This document shows, in pieces, positions 1 to 13,515 of a DNA stretch of 64,000 nucleotides. This stretch comes from Octopus sinensis. Lineage: Eukaryota. The first letter of the stretch is position 1; each line of letters starts with the position of its first letter. The translations under genes and the position numbers were made by a program. A model generated the notes under the pieces. The model was not told the origin of the DNA. It did no database searches and saw only the letters and a list, made by a program, of their open reading frames with translations. The DNA lies in assembly GCF_006345805.1 (NCBI RefSeq), contig NC_043004.1:36332001-36396000 (forward strand). Direction: 5' to 3'.

Positions 1-433
1 TCATCTGTTTTGTTGCACATGCTGGGTCGTGCCCATATGCTTATTAATCATTGAACCACCCCCAACGGCAAATATACGATATGGAAATCACTCCACTAGA
101 GCTAAATTGTAATTTAACATTCATTTAAATAACGATTTACTATAATCTCTCTTCTGTGGTAGATGAGTGGAAGGTACATGTCACGTGATAAGAGGTCAAC
201 AGTTCAAACCTATCTCGACTTTCTGGCATATTTCATTGTTCACATAGAACCACTTCCTAATGAATGAAAGAAAGGAATCAACATAGTAGATCATTAGATA
301 TAAAGATCTTTAGAACTATTCAAAATGGTGAACACATATTTTAAGATTCTTGTAGACATGCTGATTAGTTCACCTGACTGTATATTGACTATAGAAAATA
401 GTTTAATATTAGAGTATATAAGAGAAAAAAAAT

Positions 434-790
434 GGGCATTAGTACGAGTGGAAATCGAACTCATACCTCTAATTTACAGGATAATATACGTTGAAGGCAT
501 ATAATTCTATTTACAAAATTTCAGTCGCCCCCATCTTCTAGTTCACGCAGAATGCGCACATGTTTATAAACTCACCGCCTTGAAATCATAGTTTAATGAA
601 AAAATGAGTGAGTGTGTTGGTGTAATCGGTCAGCATGCTTATCGCGAAAATGTAATTGTGGGTTCGATTCCACTTGTATTTATGCCCTTTTTCTGTAGTC
701 AATACATGCGAAGGTTTATAATTCTACTTAACGAAATTTGAATCGTCACTGTTCCCTAATTCACACAGAATTCGCATACATGTGTGTGTG
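434..790. mobile_element. Cluster of degenerate tRNA-like SINE copies (inverted pair plus a partial direct copy)
   Basis: B-box-like GGTTCGATTCCAC (+, ~661) and GAGTTCGATTTCCAC (-, ~450-465) are both followed by ..T(A/T)ATGCCC. Region 490-570 resembles 710-785 (GAAGG..ATAATTCTA..AAATTT..CAC.CAGAAT.CGCA). Confidence 0.4.
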
Positions 791-1334
791 TGTTTGTGTA
801 AATATATGTGTATATTGGTATTTATGTATGTAAATGGCTAATTTCAGGTAAGATCGACCAGCAGATCTTGAAAGTTAACTTCATTGTAAAATGAGCTGTT
901 AGACTACAGATTTCCAATTTGGTGGGAAGAAGACAAAATCGATCTATGTAGTTTTAAAATTTGATATTTCATCTCTGACTGCCAAACCATTTTCTTTCCC
1001 CAAATGGTTGTTAAGAGACGTTTGTCTTATAATTTCGACAATTCTAAATTCATTGACTACTACTTTGTGTAGCCTTAAAAGATTTTGATAATGTGAATTA
1101 ATCAATGAATTCTACGCTGGAATCTTTTTTAGGAAATTTTGCGATTTAAGGTCAATCCCAATCATGAGAATTGTTTTCCCTTTTTGTGAATACACATTTT
1201 GATCCTCATTATGGGAAGTAAACTCGGTGACAATATGAGCAGTTTCGAGTTTCGTTTTCTCTCACACTTTTATTAAGTTACCCTTCACAGTGTACATCAC
1301 TAACAGATATATGTGTGTGATTGTATTTTTGTGT

Positions 1335-1752
1335 TAAGGCGGCGAGCTGGCCGAAACATTAGCACGCCGGGCGAAATGTCTAGCGGTATTTCGTCTGCCG
1401 TTACGTTCTGAGTTCAAATTCCGCCGAGGTCGACTTTGCCTTTCACCCTTTCGGGGTCGATAAACTAAGTACCAGTTACGCACTGGGGTCGATGTAATCG
1501 ACTTAATACCTATGTCTGGCCTTGTTTGTCCGCTCTGTGTTTAGCCCCTTGTGGGTAATAAAGAAATAGGTATTTCGTCTGCCGTTACGTTCTGAGTTCA
1601 AATTCCGCCGAGGTCGACTTTGCCTTTCACCCTTTCGGGGTCGATAAATTAGGTACCAGTTACGCACTGGGGTCGATGTAATCGACTTAATCCGCTTGTC
1701 TGTCCTTGTTTGTCCCCTCTATGTTTAGCCCCTTGTGGGTAGTAAAGAAATA
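1335..1752 (+). mobile_element. SINE-B dimer (tRNA-like head + two body units)
   Basis: Head GGCGGCGAGCTGG..; the body restarts at GGTATTTCG (1569) after the tail AAAGAAATA. The 16-bp TSD GATTGTATTTTTGTGT lies at 1319-1334 and 1753-1768. Confidence 0.9.
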
Positions 1753-1771
1753 GATTGTATTTTTGTGTATG

Positions 1772-1980
1772 AACCACTCAGCTGGCAAAGATGAGTTGTA
1801 CCTGTATTTCAAAGGGGCTCACCTTGTCACACTCTGTATTATTCTGAATCTCCTTGTGAACTATGTTAAGGGCACGCGTATCTGTGGAGTACTCAGCCAC
1901 TTACACGTTAATTTCACGAGCAAGCTGTTCTGTTGATCGGATCCATTGGAACCTTCATCGTCGAAACCGACGAAGGACCA
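1772..1980 (+). mobile_element. 3' part of a further SINE family (SINE-D)
   Basis: CCACTCAGCTGGCAAA..GTACCTGTATTTCAAAGGG..CACGTTAATTTCACGAGC..; recognised as a SINE body/tail from pattern memory; head absent. Confidence 0.55.
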
Positions 1981-2014
1981 GCTGTATTATTTTAAGACAT
2001 AGATATCTTTTATA

Positions 2015-2385
2015 TTTTACTTGTTTCAATAATTAAACTGCGGCCATGTTAGGGTATCGCCTTGAAGAATGTACTTGTTTTTTTATAAAGCCAGGTACCT
2101 ATTCTATCCGTCTCTTATTGTCAACTGCTAAGTTACGGGGAAATAAAGACACCAGCATCGGTTTTCAAGCGGCACTGGGGGAAAATACGCACACACACAT
2201 GCACACACATATACCCTCACGTCAGGCTTCTTTGAGTTTCCATCTACTAAATCCATTCACAAGATTTTTTGTCGGACCGTGGCTATAGTAGAACACACTT
2301 GCGCAAACTGCCATGCAGTGGGACTGAACCTGGAACCATGAGTTTGAGAAGCAGTCTTTTTACCACACAGCCATGCCTGCACCTT
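2015..2385 (-). mobile_element. SINE-A (tRNA-derived head, internal (CA)/(TA) tract, LINE-like tail)
   Basis: Matches copies at 9485, 26210 and 61985. The minus strand begins GGTGCAGGCATGGCTGTGTGGTAA..GTTCAGTCCC. Confidence 0.8.
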
Positions 2386-4033
2386 GTTGAAAAAGATTTC
2401 GTCGAAGGAAATGCATTTTAGTTTAATATAAATGTTAAAATTATTTTTATTGTAAAAGAATGTCTCCCTTTAAGGTGACAAAATATAACCATCAATCATT
2501 TGAAATCAATGAGCGAGATACTTCAATAATATTTCTTGACAAATTGTGCTTTCATTATTTACTCAGAATTGCTACACTCATACACAAAAAAAATGTTGTT
2601 TACAGTATATTTGCTGATGACTCTAGGTAATTGTGTTCCTATAAAACAAGGTAAAGTATTGACAGGTGAACGAGTCTCGAAGCAGAGATTCCAAAGTAGG
2701 AAACAATCAGCTTTGCTTTAGAAATGGAGCGCCACGTTCCAAAAAGATAAATATTCATGGATTCAAATAATACCTTCAGGAAATGTTTAATATTTAGATG
2801 CTACAATAATAGATGTTTGACATCATTTCAAGTTTCCACAACACGGCATTGATATGCAAATTAGATGCAAATGAATAGATTGCTTGTGCTAAGTGTCTCG
2901 TGTTTTAACTGCATTGGCATTTGCGATGTGAGGCGGCCCAATTCTTGTTCTTGTTAGATTTTACATATGATTATATGTATGAGTATTGCACTGGCAAATA
3001 ATTTAAATTTATTTAGTACAGAAGAATAGTCTTCGTTAGACATAATTTATTATCTGTAATTATTTATAGAGCAATGTCTACAGAAATAATTTGATATGCA
3101 AAAAAAGAAGTAAAACATTTGCTGATCAAGTAATAGGAGAAGGAACAAAACTAACAGAAATTATATCATTGTAGGTTTTACAAGCAAAAATAAGCAGCAG
3201 TCACATTAAGAAAAATACTTGCAACAGCATCGTTATCAAGTTAAGAAAGACAATAATAATAATAATAATGATGATGATGATGATGATATGAGTACCATTG
3301 ACAGAGATAGATCTATGTAATGAGAAAAATGTGTAAGAAAATTGTGAAAAAAAATGAGTGAATTGGAACGAATAAAAATATTGATTTTTCTCTCAGGCTC
3401 AATTAACTCTACCTTCAGCACCTTTTTTGAAATGTTAGGATGTCTATATAGTTGATGTCTGTATAGCTGATTGATACGACAAAGGTATATAATTGTTACC
3501 TATTTTATCGACCCCAGAGGGCTGAATGACAAAGTAACAAATAAAAATATGCGTAAATAGTTCTCAATATTTTTCATCATTTAATAATTTATTAGAAACA
3601 ATATATTTAAATGTTTTATTTATATTTATTTATATATTTCTATTCTTTTAATAGTGGCAATCTTTTATGTATTATTTTCTGCTTCAATATTACCATTTAT
3701 CTCTCATAGATCTCCTTGGGATTACTTCTCTACAATTCATTCATATAAGTGATATTAGACGAAAATATAATTCTGAATATAATCGCTATCACTTTACGGT
3801 ATTCTTTTCAAAACACATCAATGAAATATTATTATATAATATTGTATAAATTACGATATTGATTTATTTTGGTTCAATACCAATATATTACTGGTACTTA
3901 TTGCTTTAAATAAATGAGTTAAAATGATATGTTTGTTTTTGTATAACAGCAAGTAATAGGTTTTTCTTTGCGATAGTTATGCGGAAATAATTTCATAATC
4001 ACCAACCAACAAGATTTTCTGCCTGTCTTTATC

Positions 4034-4408
4034 TAACTATTCTCTTCTATTAAGGCGCAAGGACTGGAATTTGGCGGCAAGGGACTAGTTGATTACATCG
4101 ACCCCAGTGTTTCACTGGTACTTAATTTATCGACTCCGAAAGGATGAAAGCAAAGTCAACAGGGGTGGAATTTGAACTCATAATGTAGCGACGGGTGAAA
4201 TACCTGTTTCTTTACTACCCACAAGGGGCTAAACACAGAGGGGACAAACAAGGACAGACAAACGGATTAAGTCGATTACATCGACCCCAGTGCGTAACTG
4301 GTACTTAATTTATCGACCTCGACGGAATTTGAACTCAGAACGTAACGGCAGACGAAATACGGCTACTCATTTCGCTCGGCGTGCTAACGGTTCTGCCAGC
4401 TCACCGCC
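4034..4408 (-). mobile_element. SINE-B dimer (B1-tail unit followed by B2-tail unit)
   Basis: Junction AAAGAAACA|GGTATTTC at 4204/4205; TSD TCTGCCTGTCTTTATC at 4018-4033 and 4410-4425. Confidence 0.85.
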
Positions 4409-7400
4409 TTCTGCCTGTCTTTATCATACAAAGGATTAAAATGGTTTTTCTTTTTATTGAATTTCGCCTTTACTTTAAAAAAAACAACCTGTTATACTGT
4501 TTAAAACATTGGCAGTCCCTATACATTGCGGCTCGCCCTCGGAACGAATCAACTCTAATCTATTGTTTTCTCTTTTACTTCTTTATTAAATGCCTGTCTC
4601 AAAATATGACTCCTCACTCGTAAATTTCACATGTTTAATAAACCAACAAAATATAACTCAACATCATATTAGCTCCTTATACAGTTCAGTTCAAAAATGA
4701 CAAAATTTCATTGCCACATGAATTTCCCTAGTTAGCACTTTCTCTTCTCACTCGTCAGTCTGTCGCGCATTTATGCATTGATTGTCTCTCATTCTTCCAT
4801 TAGTTCTCTGATTTTTTTCTGATGATAGTTTTGCAATATATGTTTTATATTTTATGAGAATAATTTATAAAATCGTTTCTAAAATACAAACCTAAGTCGC
4901 CTGTTTTGTGCGACCTGTCAAGAATTTGAAATTGTCATTAGTGCATAATGTTGACTGCATTTAATAGGAATATGGTTTTCCTTAATGCAAGATACTTCGC
5001 AGTTATTTTTAGGGATTTCAGAGAGAACAGAATTCACCACGAAGAAAATACTTCAGAGAAGACATCGAGGTTTCATCAGCAGACTTTAGAATAAAGCTGT
5101 AGATTTAGAAATCTCTAAGTTATTTTATCATCTTAGCTATGTGCTAGAGATGTTATGAGTCAATAAAATGATATAAAATAGTTTAAGTTCATCGGTAAAT
5201 TGATGCTCGTGGCCACTGATTTTAATATAAGTGGTTTTAGACATTATGAGTAAGTTATATAATTTAGTTTTATGTAAGTTGTAATTCTTTGTAAATAATT
5301 GTTTGAAATGTAGATGGCTAAAATGTTTGGCTCGTCGCAGCATTGTTGATAAGTAGACAGATACATAGATAGCACTCTGTTGTCCTGTCGCCTGAATGCG
5401 AACCGGAAAGCAAATGTTGTTTTGAAACATCTGCTAAATATTCTTTTGATAGAAAGACTGACACTAGTTCTAGGGAAATTTTATATGGAATTTCATTCAA
5501 GTTACATTCACTATACCAGGTACAAACTACGGAATTGAATGTAGCTATAGTAATTTTACAAAGTTGAAGAACATTTAACATGGAGAATATGAAAAAAATG
5601 TCTCAAAGAACTTTTCTAATAAAAGTAATTTCATAACTCTATCCGAAATATATAAAGAAATAATGTTACACAATATATGAAGCAATCTCGCAAGAATTCA
5701 TATATTTTGTTTTCTGCGTTTATCGAATTTCATAATAGAAAATAAATAATAGGAGCACCGTTTTAGTTTTTAATATCAGTTTGAAAGAGTAAAGTAGATT
5801 TATAGCTAAGTACAAGTTGCTACCTGCAAAGTGGGGTGGGGGGTTGAGGTAGCTACAAGTGCAAAATGAATTGCAGCCGTTACTATAGACTCGTCAAGAG
5901 ATTTCAGAATCTCAATGATTTATGATCAGAAATCGATCGGTGTTCTTGTACAGAGTATACTACATTAGTAAGAGAGACAAAACAACTGTAACATATGACC
6001 TGCCCGAATATAAATACAGCATATATTAAACTAATACACAATGATGTAAGAAGCCAGAGAAACCAGAAAGTATTTTCGAATTACATTTTTTTTTTTTTTT
6101 GCTGCTTCTTTGAAGAATATTACATGAAGAAATCAGGAGCAAGTGGCCATGTATCTCTACAAGCATTTCAGCCCCTGGTGCTTTCTAATCAGAAACGCTT
6201 AATAAATATAATCCATTAATCATATTGAATAATAATACATGTTCATCCGATTTCTAATATAATTATTGATTATAACAAAGATTATCGATTATAACAATAT
6301 TACAGCACACAAGAAGCAAGTGGAATATTATTAGGCGATTAACGTTCATATGTAATTATCTTCCATTGTTAGTTTTCTTACATAGCCATTAACGATGTTG
6401 CGATATTCATGGAATTTTCTAGAGAAGTGGCAACAAAATTGAAGTAAAATGGTGGCAACGGGGGCTGAAATCGAGTAGCCATTCTTACAGTAGATTTATA
6501 TACTAATTTCATGTGGCGGGGTTATAAATGATTGATGGTAGAGTGTTATGCTTATTTCATTAAAAACGAAGGAGATGCAATATTGACGATTCCTTACAGC
6601 ATTTTATGTTAGAGCTAAGGACAAATTAAATATGTGAATGAATTTGATCTAGTTTTCTGTTTTGGCCATTTGTCACATTTGTTCTATAATCCTCAATGTG
6701 CATTCCTACAAGTATCAAAATATCGCAAATATACAAAAGGGGTCAAAGCAACAAGTGAATTCATTTCCACCCCTAGAATAAGTTTCTTAGTAATATTACG
6801 GAAGAACTTAGAGGAATGGAAGATGAGGTCGAATCTTAACTCGATTCAGAATGTAAAATTAAACATCGTCATGCAGTTATTCCGTGGTTTTTGCAGCATT
6901 TATGAGCTTTAAACGTTTAAACTGAGCCGGAATATAATTTCTTAATATTCTTTTAAGTTATTCCCTTCGAATACAATCTAAACTATAATTCGAAGGCGAA
7001 ATTTCCATTTTTGATGGATAAAGCATTTGCAATGTACGAGTGCGAATTTAAAGTAGACAAATTATATACGGCTCTTGTATATCCCAAATCAGATTCATAT
7101 TCTTTTGTTCTTTTACTCGTTTCAGTCATGCGGCTGCGGTCAAGCTGGAGCACCACCATGCATTTTTCGTAGTCTTGTATTTATAACCATATAAATAATT
7201 GTAAAACCTCTCAAGATCTGATCTCTGTAAAGAGAGAAGAAACAATTTTAATTAAGAACAAACGGATTTCCAGTTTTATAGTACTGACCATAATTTCAGT
7301 AAGAATTAAACATAACAGGAATTAAATAAAAAGGGAACGCAGCTGAGGTTATGTCAAAGAACAAAAAGTAAGGGCAGTATTTGGAACCAGCGGCATTGGA

Positions 7401-7611
7401 AATGCATTCTCTAGTACCCTTTTAGCTCAGATTTTAAAACTGTTTTTGCACTAAATAATAGTAATATTCATTTGCAATTGCGGGTATCTGTATTTTATTG
7501 CGATTGTAGACTTTAAAATAACTACCTACTAAGAGAGCCTAAAGATAGTTTTAAAAGCTTAGTACAAAAAGCATAAATTATTCTCATAAAAGTTCAGTTT
7601 CCTCACATAGT

Positions 7612-7862
7612 TAGTAGTAGTAGTAGTAGAATTGGGGCATGCGCTGCGACAACGCCGCTGATGCATCCCTAATCCTGGCGGATGACACCTTTTTCCCCCC
7701 AGGAGACAACGCTCCCACCTATGGGTCTGTTTGGGTAGTCGTTGCTGGTGAGGGTTTTACGAGGTCGGAGTGCAAATCCTACTTCAACTCTTTTAGTCGC
7801 CTTTCATGACACACAGAGGAAACGTTGGGTCTCTTCTTTGACATGCCGGTCCTCAACAGTGC
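7612..7862 (-). mobile_element. Short retroposon with (CTA)n tail
   Basis: GC-rich island ending in (CTA)n on the minus strand. It contains TTCCTCTGTGTGTCATGAAAGGCGACTAAAAG, a motif I associate with RTE/R4-linked non-autonomous elements. Confidence 0.5.
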
Positions 7863-9484
7863 ACGATGAATAATAATTTCAAAATGCAGTAGATTTAGCG
7901 AGAAAAAATATAGTGGTGTTAAGTGTCGAAATATTTATAACTTAATGGTTCATTTCAACAGAGGCAAATTTAGAGAACATTTTATAACATATCGAATATA
8001 TTCGATATAAATTAGTTGATTTTATATTTCAATATATTTTAGAATATTTGTTTGTATAAGCCGGAGCCTGTATTCATCTGAGGAGATCTGCCTATTTTCC
8101 AGTGATCAAGTGAATTACTTCAATTTTTATGATCAGATATTTCAATCAATAAATAAACAGGCATATTTAATAGTGAAACTGTTTCTGGCAGTCTTTAGGG
8201 AATGATTGATGTGATAAATAACCAATAACGTTAAATTCATTGATCTTTTGTATTATCATAGGAGTAGATTAGTATTAGTTTGAAGATGTCTGCTCTAATC
8301 GTTGTAATGGTCAATACTTGCTACATTCATCTGAGGGTTGTGACTGGCCGGGTTGGTACGTTTTACGGCAACCAGGCTAAGAGAGCTTGATGGGACAAAT
8401 GATACACATCACATCATCTGATAACGGCCACATTAGAGACTGAACTTAGAGCTATAAGCCAATTGATCACTCGTTACTTTTATAGTATCCCCGCTGCCGT
8501 TAATTGTGGTGGAATAGAACGTTGAAATTTAACTGTTTTTATAAATGCTATCGATATGACACACCAATTTCTGTTAGGCTGTTGGCCGAAAAGCCTATCA
8601 ACTCGGCCATCCATGATACACTAATAGGACACGTTAATTAAAGTATCTACCGTTACAGCAATTAGAACGCGCGTCTTGCAATTTCTTCTCTTCCACTCAT
8701 CTGATAAGATAAACAAAAGATCAATAAATTGAATAATATTGGACATTCAACACACAAAACATTCTCCTAAACAGGTTTCCCTATTAAACATCTATTTATT
8801 GAGAATATATTTATATCTTCGTGTGAATTTGTACGAATGACTCTACCCAGTTAAGCATGACTGAATACAGTGTGTACAACTGTCTGCTGGTGGGAAAGAA
8901 GATAATTTCGAAATGTCTTCGTTGTTTTGATAGTGAAAGAGAAAGTATAAGCGCATTTCAGTAGATGTGTATGTGTACATATACGAGAGTGTTTGTTTGT
9001 GTGTGTGTGTGTACTTATGCATGTGTAAGCGTGCGCGTGTGTGTGTGTACGTCCGTGTGTACGCGCGCGCGTGCGAAATCACATTATGGTTAATTAATTG
9101 GAAGAATGTTCACTCTTTAAAATGGGGATTTGATTTCAGCAATGCCAAACAAATTGGGAATTGATTGGTAACTTTCACCTAATTAATCCTCATCTGACTC
9201 AAACGAAATATTCTCGGAAATATTTCTGTTATATTAAATGTATGGGAGCTTATCAGTGACATAATGAGGGGAAAATTAAAGCAATAATTTTCGTATTCAG
9301 TGGACATATTTCTGAATTATTCCTGTATTTAATCAAAATGCTACGACACACAGATACACATATACGCATCTACACACACACCCACACATTAACTTGCAAA
9401 TCATAACCGCAAATGTATGTAAAGATGTGTGTGTACGTATATATATATATATGAATGTATGTGTGTGTGTATGTATGTATGTAT

Positions 9485-9850
9485 ACTCTTTCACTTGTTT
9501 CAGTCATTTGACTGTGGCCATGCTGGAGCACCGCCTTATTCCCAGGACTTATTCTTTGTAAGCCTAGTACTTATTCTATCGCTCTCTTTTGCCAAACCGC
9601 TAGGTTACAGGGACGTAAACACACCAGCATCAGTTGTCAAGGGATGTTGAGGGGACAAACACAAACACACAAATATATACACACACATACATATATTTAT
9701 ACATATATACGACGGGATTCTTTCGGTTTCCGTCTACCAAATCCACTCACAAGGTTTTGGTCAGTCCGCTATAGTAGAAGACACTTGCACGGGGCAGAAC
9801 TCGGAACTATGTGGTTCGTAAGAAAGCTACTTACCACACAGCCACTCGTA
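9485..9850 (-). mobile_element. SINE-A
   Basis: Plus-strand TTGTTTCAGTCATTTGACTGTGGCCATGCTGGAGCACCGCC ... TTACCACACAGCCAC, colinear with the other copies. Confidence 0.9.
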
Positions 9851-10374
9851 TGTATGTATTGTTCTGGGCAACTCCAGGCATTGCCGTCGCTAACCCTAAC
9901 CCTACTCAGACCCGCGGTGTGAGAACCAATGAAGGGCTTCGTCATGTGTCAAATGCCAATTGACAATCCTCTAACTGAGGCATATGGGACCAGCAGGGGC
10001 CACAAGACACGTCTCATAGAAGCCCACTGGTATGTAGGCATAAACCTATGTCACGTGAACCTATTCATTTGCTTATGGCTTAAATAAGCCTTGTCCCTCA
10101 AGGATAAAACGGCGACAGCAGGAGTCGTCTAGCAGCGTAAACATTAAATGAACGCGGCTAAATGTCCCCCAACAAAAATCATGAATCTACAGACTTTGCT
10201 ATTGTAGTCCATGATTGGCAACGGCCGTAGTCACTGCCGCTGAAGATATGAGTGTGTACACACCATGTGTGTGTGTGTGTATGTGTGAATGTGCGAGTAC
10301 TAATATATATATATGTATGCATATGTATATGTATAAATATAGATGCATAAATCTTTATCTACATTTATATGTAC

Positions 10375-10421
<47 letters not shown>

Positions 10422-10532
10422 TGTATATATATATGTGTGTGTGTATAAATATATATATATATACATCCTTCCCATTTCCCAGATTATCATGCTAATAAGA
10501 TTCATCCCGTCTTATTGCTTGTATTTTAATGT

Positions 10533-10576
<44 letters not shown>

Positions 10577-11695
10577 CACACATATATATATATATATAGG
10601 GGAGGAGGAAGTATGCATATGTGTTGTATGTTTATGAATGTATGTTGTGTTATGAAAGCGTGTATGCAAGTGTGTATATTGGGCATTTTGACAAGTTCTT
10701 TATTCTACCATTACAATTCATATTTCTATAGATTATATAATTGGTAATGATGATATATTAACTTGAGTTGATGTGTCTTATTATAAAACAGACTTGTATT
10801 AATTCATTGGACTATGTACCGTGAATATTTAGAAACGGTTAAAATGTTCTTAATAATTGGAAACACAATTCCCTACCTTTGTACGGTTCAGCGGGTAATT
10901 TATATGTATCTATCGTATCGTGTGTATTTGGTTATATTCGTGCGGATATGCGGATGTGAGTACACATGAAAGTAGGTGTACAAACTATAAATATATATAT
11001 ATATTGGCAAATGTCGAAAACATTACCTGTGAGTCTAATGAACTGAAGAATATGAACTCTTATATGGTTTCCATTTGAATAATTTTGAAAATTACCTTAC
11101 TTTAAAAATTTAGCTGAATTGGTAAAAATAGAAATTGAAAGAAATTTTTCAACTCGTCATGTTTCCGAATGTGTCATTTAAGAATTCGAAGTGGAATTAA
11201 AATTCAGTGAAGAACAAATCACGCAATCTTAAAAATCGGACACTCGTCTGTCTTAATTCATTTTGGAAACAAGTTTTGAATTTGAAATTCGACATAACAT
11301 TTTTCCAAAAATAAAATCTATGATATTTAACAATAAATGTAAAAATATAGAAATATAGTGATACTCGTCATTTATTTTATGTATTCAGTAATTAAATGAA
11401 CCTGTGTTACATGTCTAGACCTACGCTTATTATAAAATATATTTCATGTTTATAGACATCAGACTAAAAAGTAACATTAACGTGTTGACAAAATATAGCA
11501 GGCTCCGGATGATTTCAGTTAATCACGATCATACCTGTACAGAGTGGTAACATTAAACAGTATTTTAAATAAACTAAACATACACATTCTGCCATTTAAT
11601 ATATAAGGAGCCCTCCATCCATTAGGATGTCAATGAATACATACGAATAGATGTCAATATTGCCATGAAGTCATTTTTACCTTTTAAATTCATAA

Positions 11696-12607
11696 TACTT
11701 TGATAGGTTTCGGCCAGTATTGGCCCAGGCCGTGTCTAACTTAATAACACCACCTGGCAAAGTCATTCAAATCAGGATCCGGACAACATGGCCCACTCAA
11801 GTAGAGAGTTATTGTTTACGGAGACATATCTGGGTGTAGAAGGTTTATCTGGGATTTTTTGAAGGATAATAACTTCCAATAACTTCTTGAGCTTTATGGT
11901 GTCTGCTTCTACTTTAATATGTTTTTGGTGTAGTGTTAAAGAGAGCAGGGCTAACTGAGGTGAAATAATTGTGCCGTATTGTTGTTATGTGATGCGAGTA
12001 TGACTTTTGTTGTGGGCAGATAGCAAGAGGCCCAAGTCTTGGGTGTATCTTAAAGGTGATTCCAACATCATTTGGGCAATGCTGATGGAATATTTTCCAC
12101 ATGATGCAGATGATGTAGCGCTCACAGCGGCGTTGGAGACAATAAAGCTTGAGCTTTTCTAGTCGACCTCAATAGTTAAGGCCTGTTATGTCATCTATCT
12201 ATTTTGTAATTGACCTTTGAGGTGCTTCTATTTTCATGAAACTTTGTTTCGTTTGGGGGAGACCACAATGAACAACAGTATTCAAGGTGGGGTCGGGCAA
12301 AAATGGAGAAGAGGAGGATAGTGGTATGGATATCTCTCGACTGGAAAGTTCTGTGAATCTAGGAACACATTCTGCAGCCCATGTCAACTTTGCTGTTTAT
12401 ATCAGCGGTCCAGCTTATGTTGATGTCCACAATTACTCCCAAGTCTTTGATGTTATTGGATGCCATGAGAGCTTCACCTGAAGGAAAGGAGTATGTGATT
12501 TTTAGGGTATCCTCTTTTCCGAAGTGGATTAACTCAAATTTGTCCTCGTTCTGCAGCGTACTATTCTTTTCTGCCCATTGGATGACAGCCAGTAGATCTG
12601 ACTGCAA
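11696..12607 (-). mobile_element. CR1/L2-group LINE, 3' fragment (late RT and C-terminus, degraded)
   Basis: LQSDLLAVIQWAEKN..KFELIHFG..IKDLGVIVD..SW. The 3' end GGCCAATACTGGCCGAAACCTATCAAAG matches 39730-39786. Confidence 0.8.
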
Positions 12608-13515
12608 ACAAGTTGTCTAATGCCTGAAAACGTGATAGTCAGTTGGTGCAAGGTCTGGTGGATATGGTAAATGACAGCGTACTTTCAAGTTCAGTTCCTG
12701 TAACTTGAGTGACGTTCTTTGTGCAACATGTGGTCGAGCATTGTCTTGCAAGGGAATTGGCCTGTCTCTGTTGACCATTCCCAGTTGTTTAATTGCAAGT
12801 TCACTCATAATTTCATCCAATTGGTTGATGTATTCATCTGCTGCAATTGACTTACCAGGCCTCATGAAGCTGTAGTGGATGACACCAGCGCTGGACCACC
12901 AAACAGACACCATTAGCTTTTCTTGGTGAATATTCTTTTTTGGATTGTGTTTTGGCACTTCGTCTCTATCCAACCACTGTGCAGAATGCTTGCTATTGTT
13001 AAAAAGAATTCCTTTTTCATCACACGTAACAATACAATGCAAAAATTGTTTGCTTTTATGCTATGACAACAAAGAACAGCAAGTTTCAAGACGACGTGTC
13101 ATTTGATGCTCGTTCAGTTCGTGTGGTACCCACTTGTCCAGCTTCTTTACCTTGCCGATTTGTTTCAGATGGTCCCAAACAATTGAAATCGAAACATCAA
13201 ACCTTGCTGCTAACTCATGTGTCGTTTGAGATGTATCCGCTTCCACCACAGTTTCCAGTTCATCATTATCCACCTTGGTCTCTGGTCTACCACGGAGCTG
13301 ATTTTCAAGAGTAAAGTCACCAGACCGGAAATTCTCAAACCATTGACATACAGTGCGCTCATTCGCCACATCTTCACCAAACACCCAATTCTGTTTGGAA
13401 TGCATTGGTTCCATGATGGAACTCATATTCATAAACAACAGGAATTTTTGGCCTATCCATGGGTTCACAAAACTGGTTTACAAGAGAAAACTCACAATAT
13501 AATCCGACACCATGT
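12602..13515 (-). pseudogene. Mariner transposase remnant (Hsmar1/cecropia-like), 3' end lost
   Basis: FRSGDFTLE..RGRP, WVPHEL, IVTCDEK, HQEKLMVSVWW, QDNARPH, PDLAPTDYHVFRH motifs; stop and frameshifts present. Confidence 0.92.

Noticed and set aside
1337-1752. CRISPR-like or satellite reading of the repeated SINE bodies
   Set aside because: Units are ~185 bp with no unique spacers, and TSDs show retroposition.
9889-9904. Telomere-like TAACCCTAACCCTA
   Set aside because: Only about two units; insufficient for an interstitial telomere or Athena-type attachment.
10075-10140. HDV-like ribozyme candidate (stacked hairpins, TCCCTC loop, ..GTCGTCTAG)
   Set aside because: P1 and P2 pairings could not be formed; the loop is too short.
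11538-11695. Missing 3' part of the 12.6-kb mariner (KWQNV frame, TACAGAGTG end)
   Set aside because: Spacing and terminal sequence do not fit; at most the end of an unrelated Tc1-like element.
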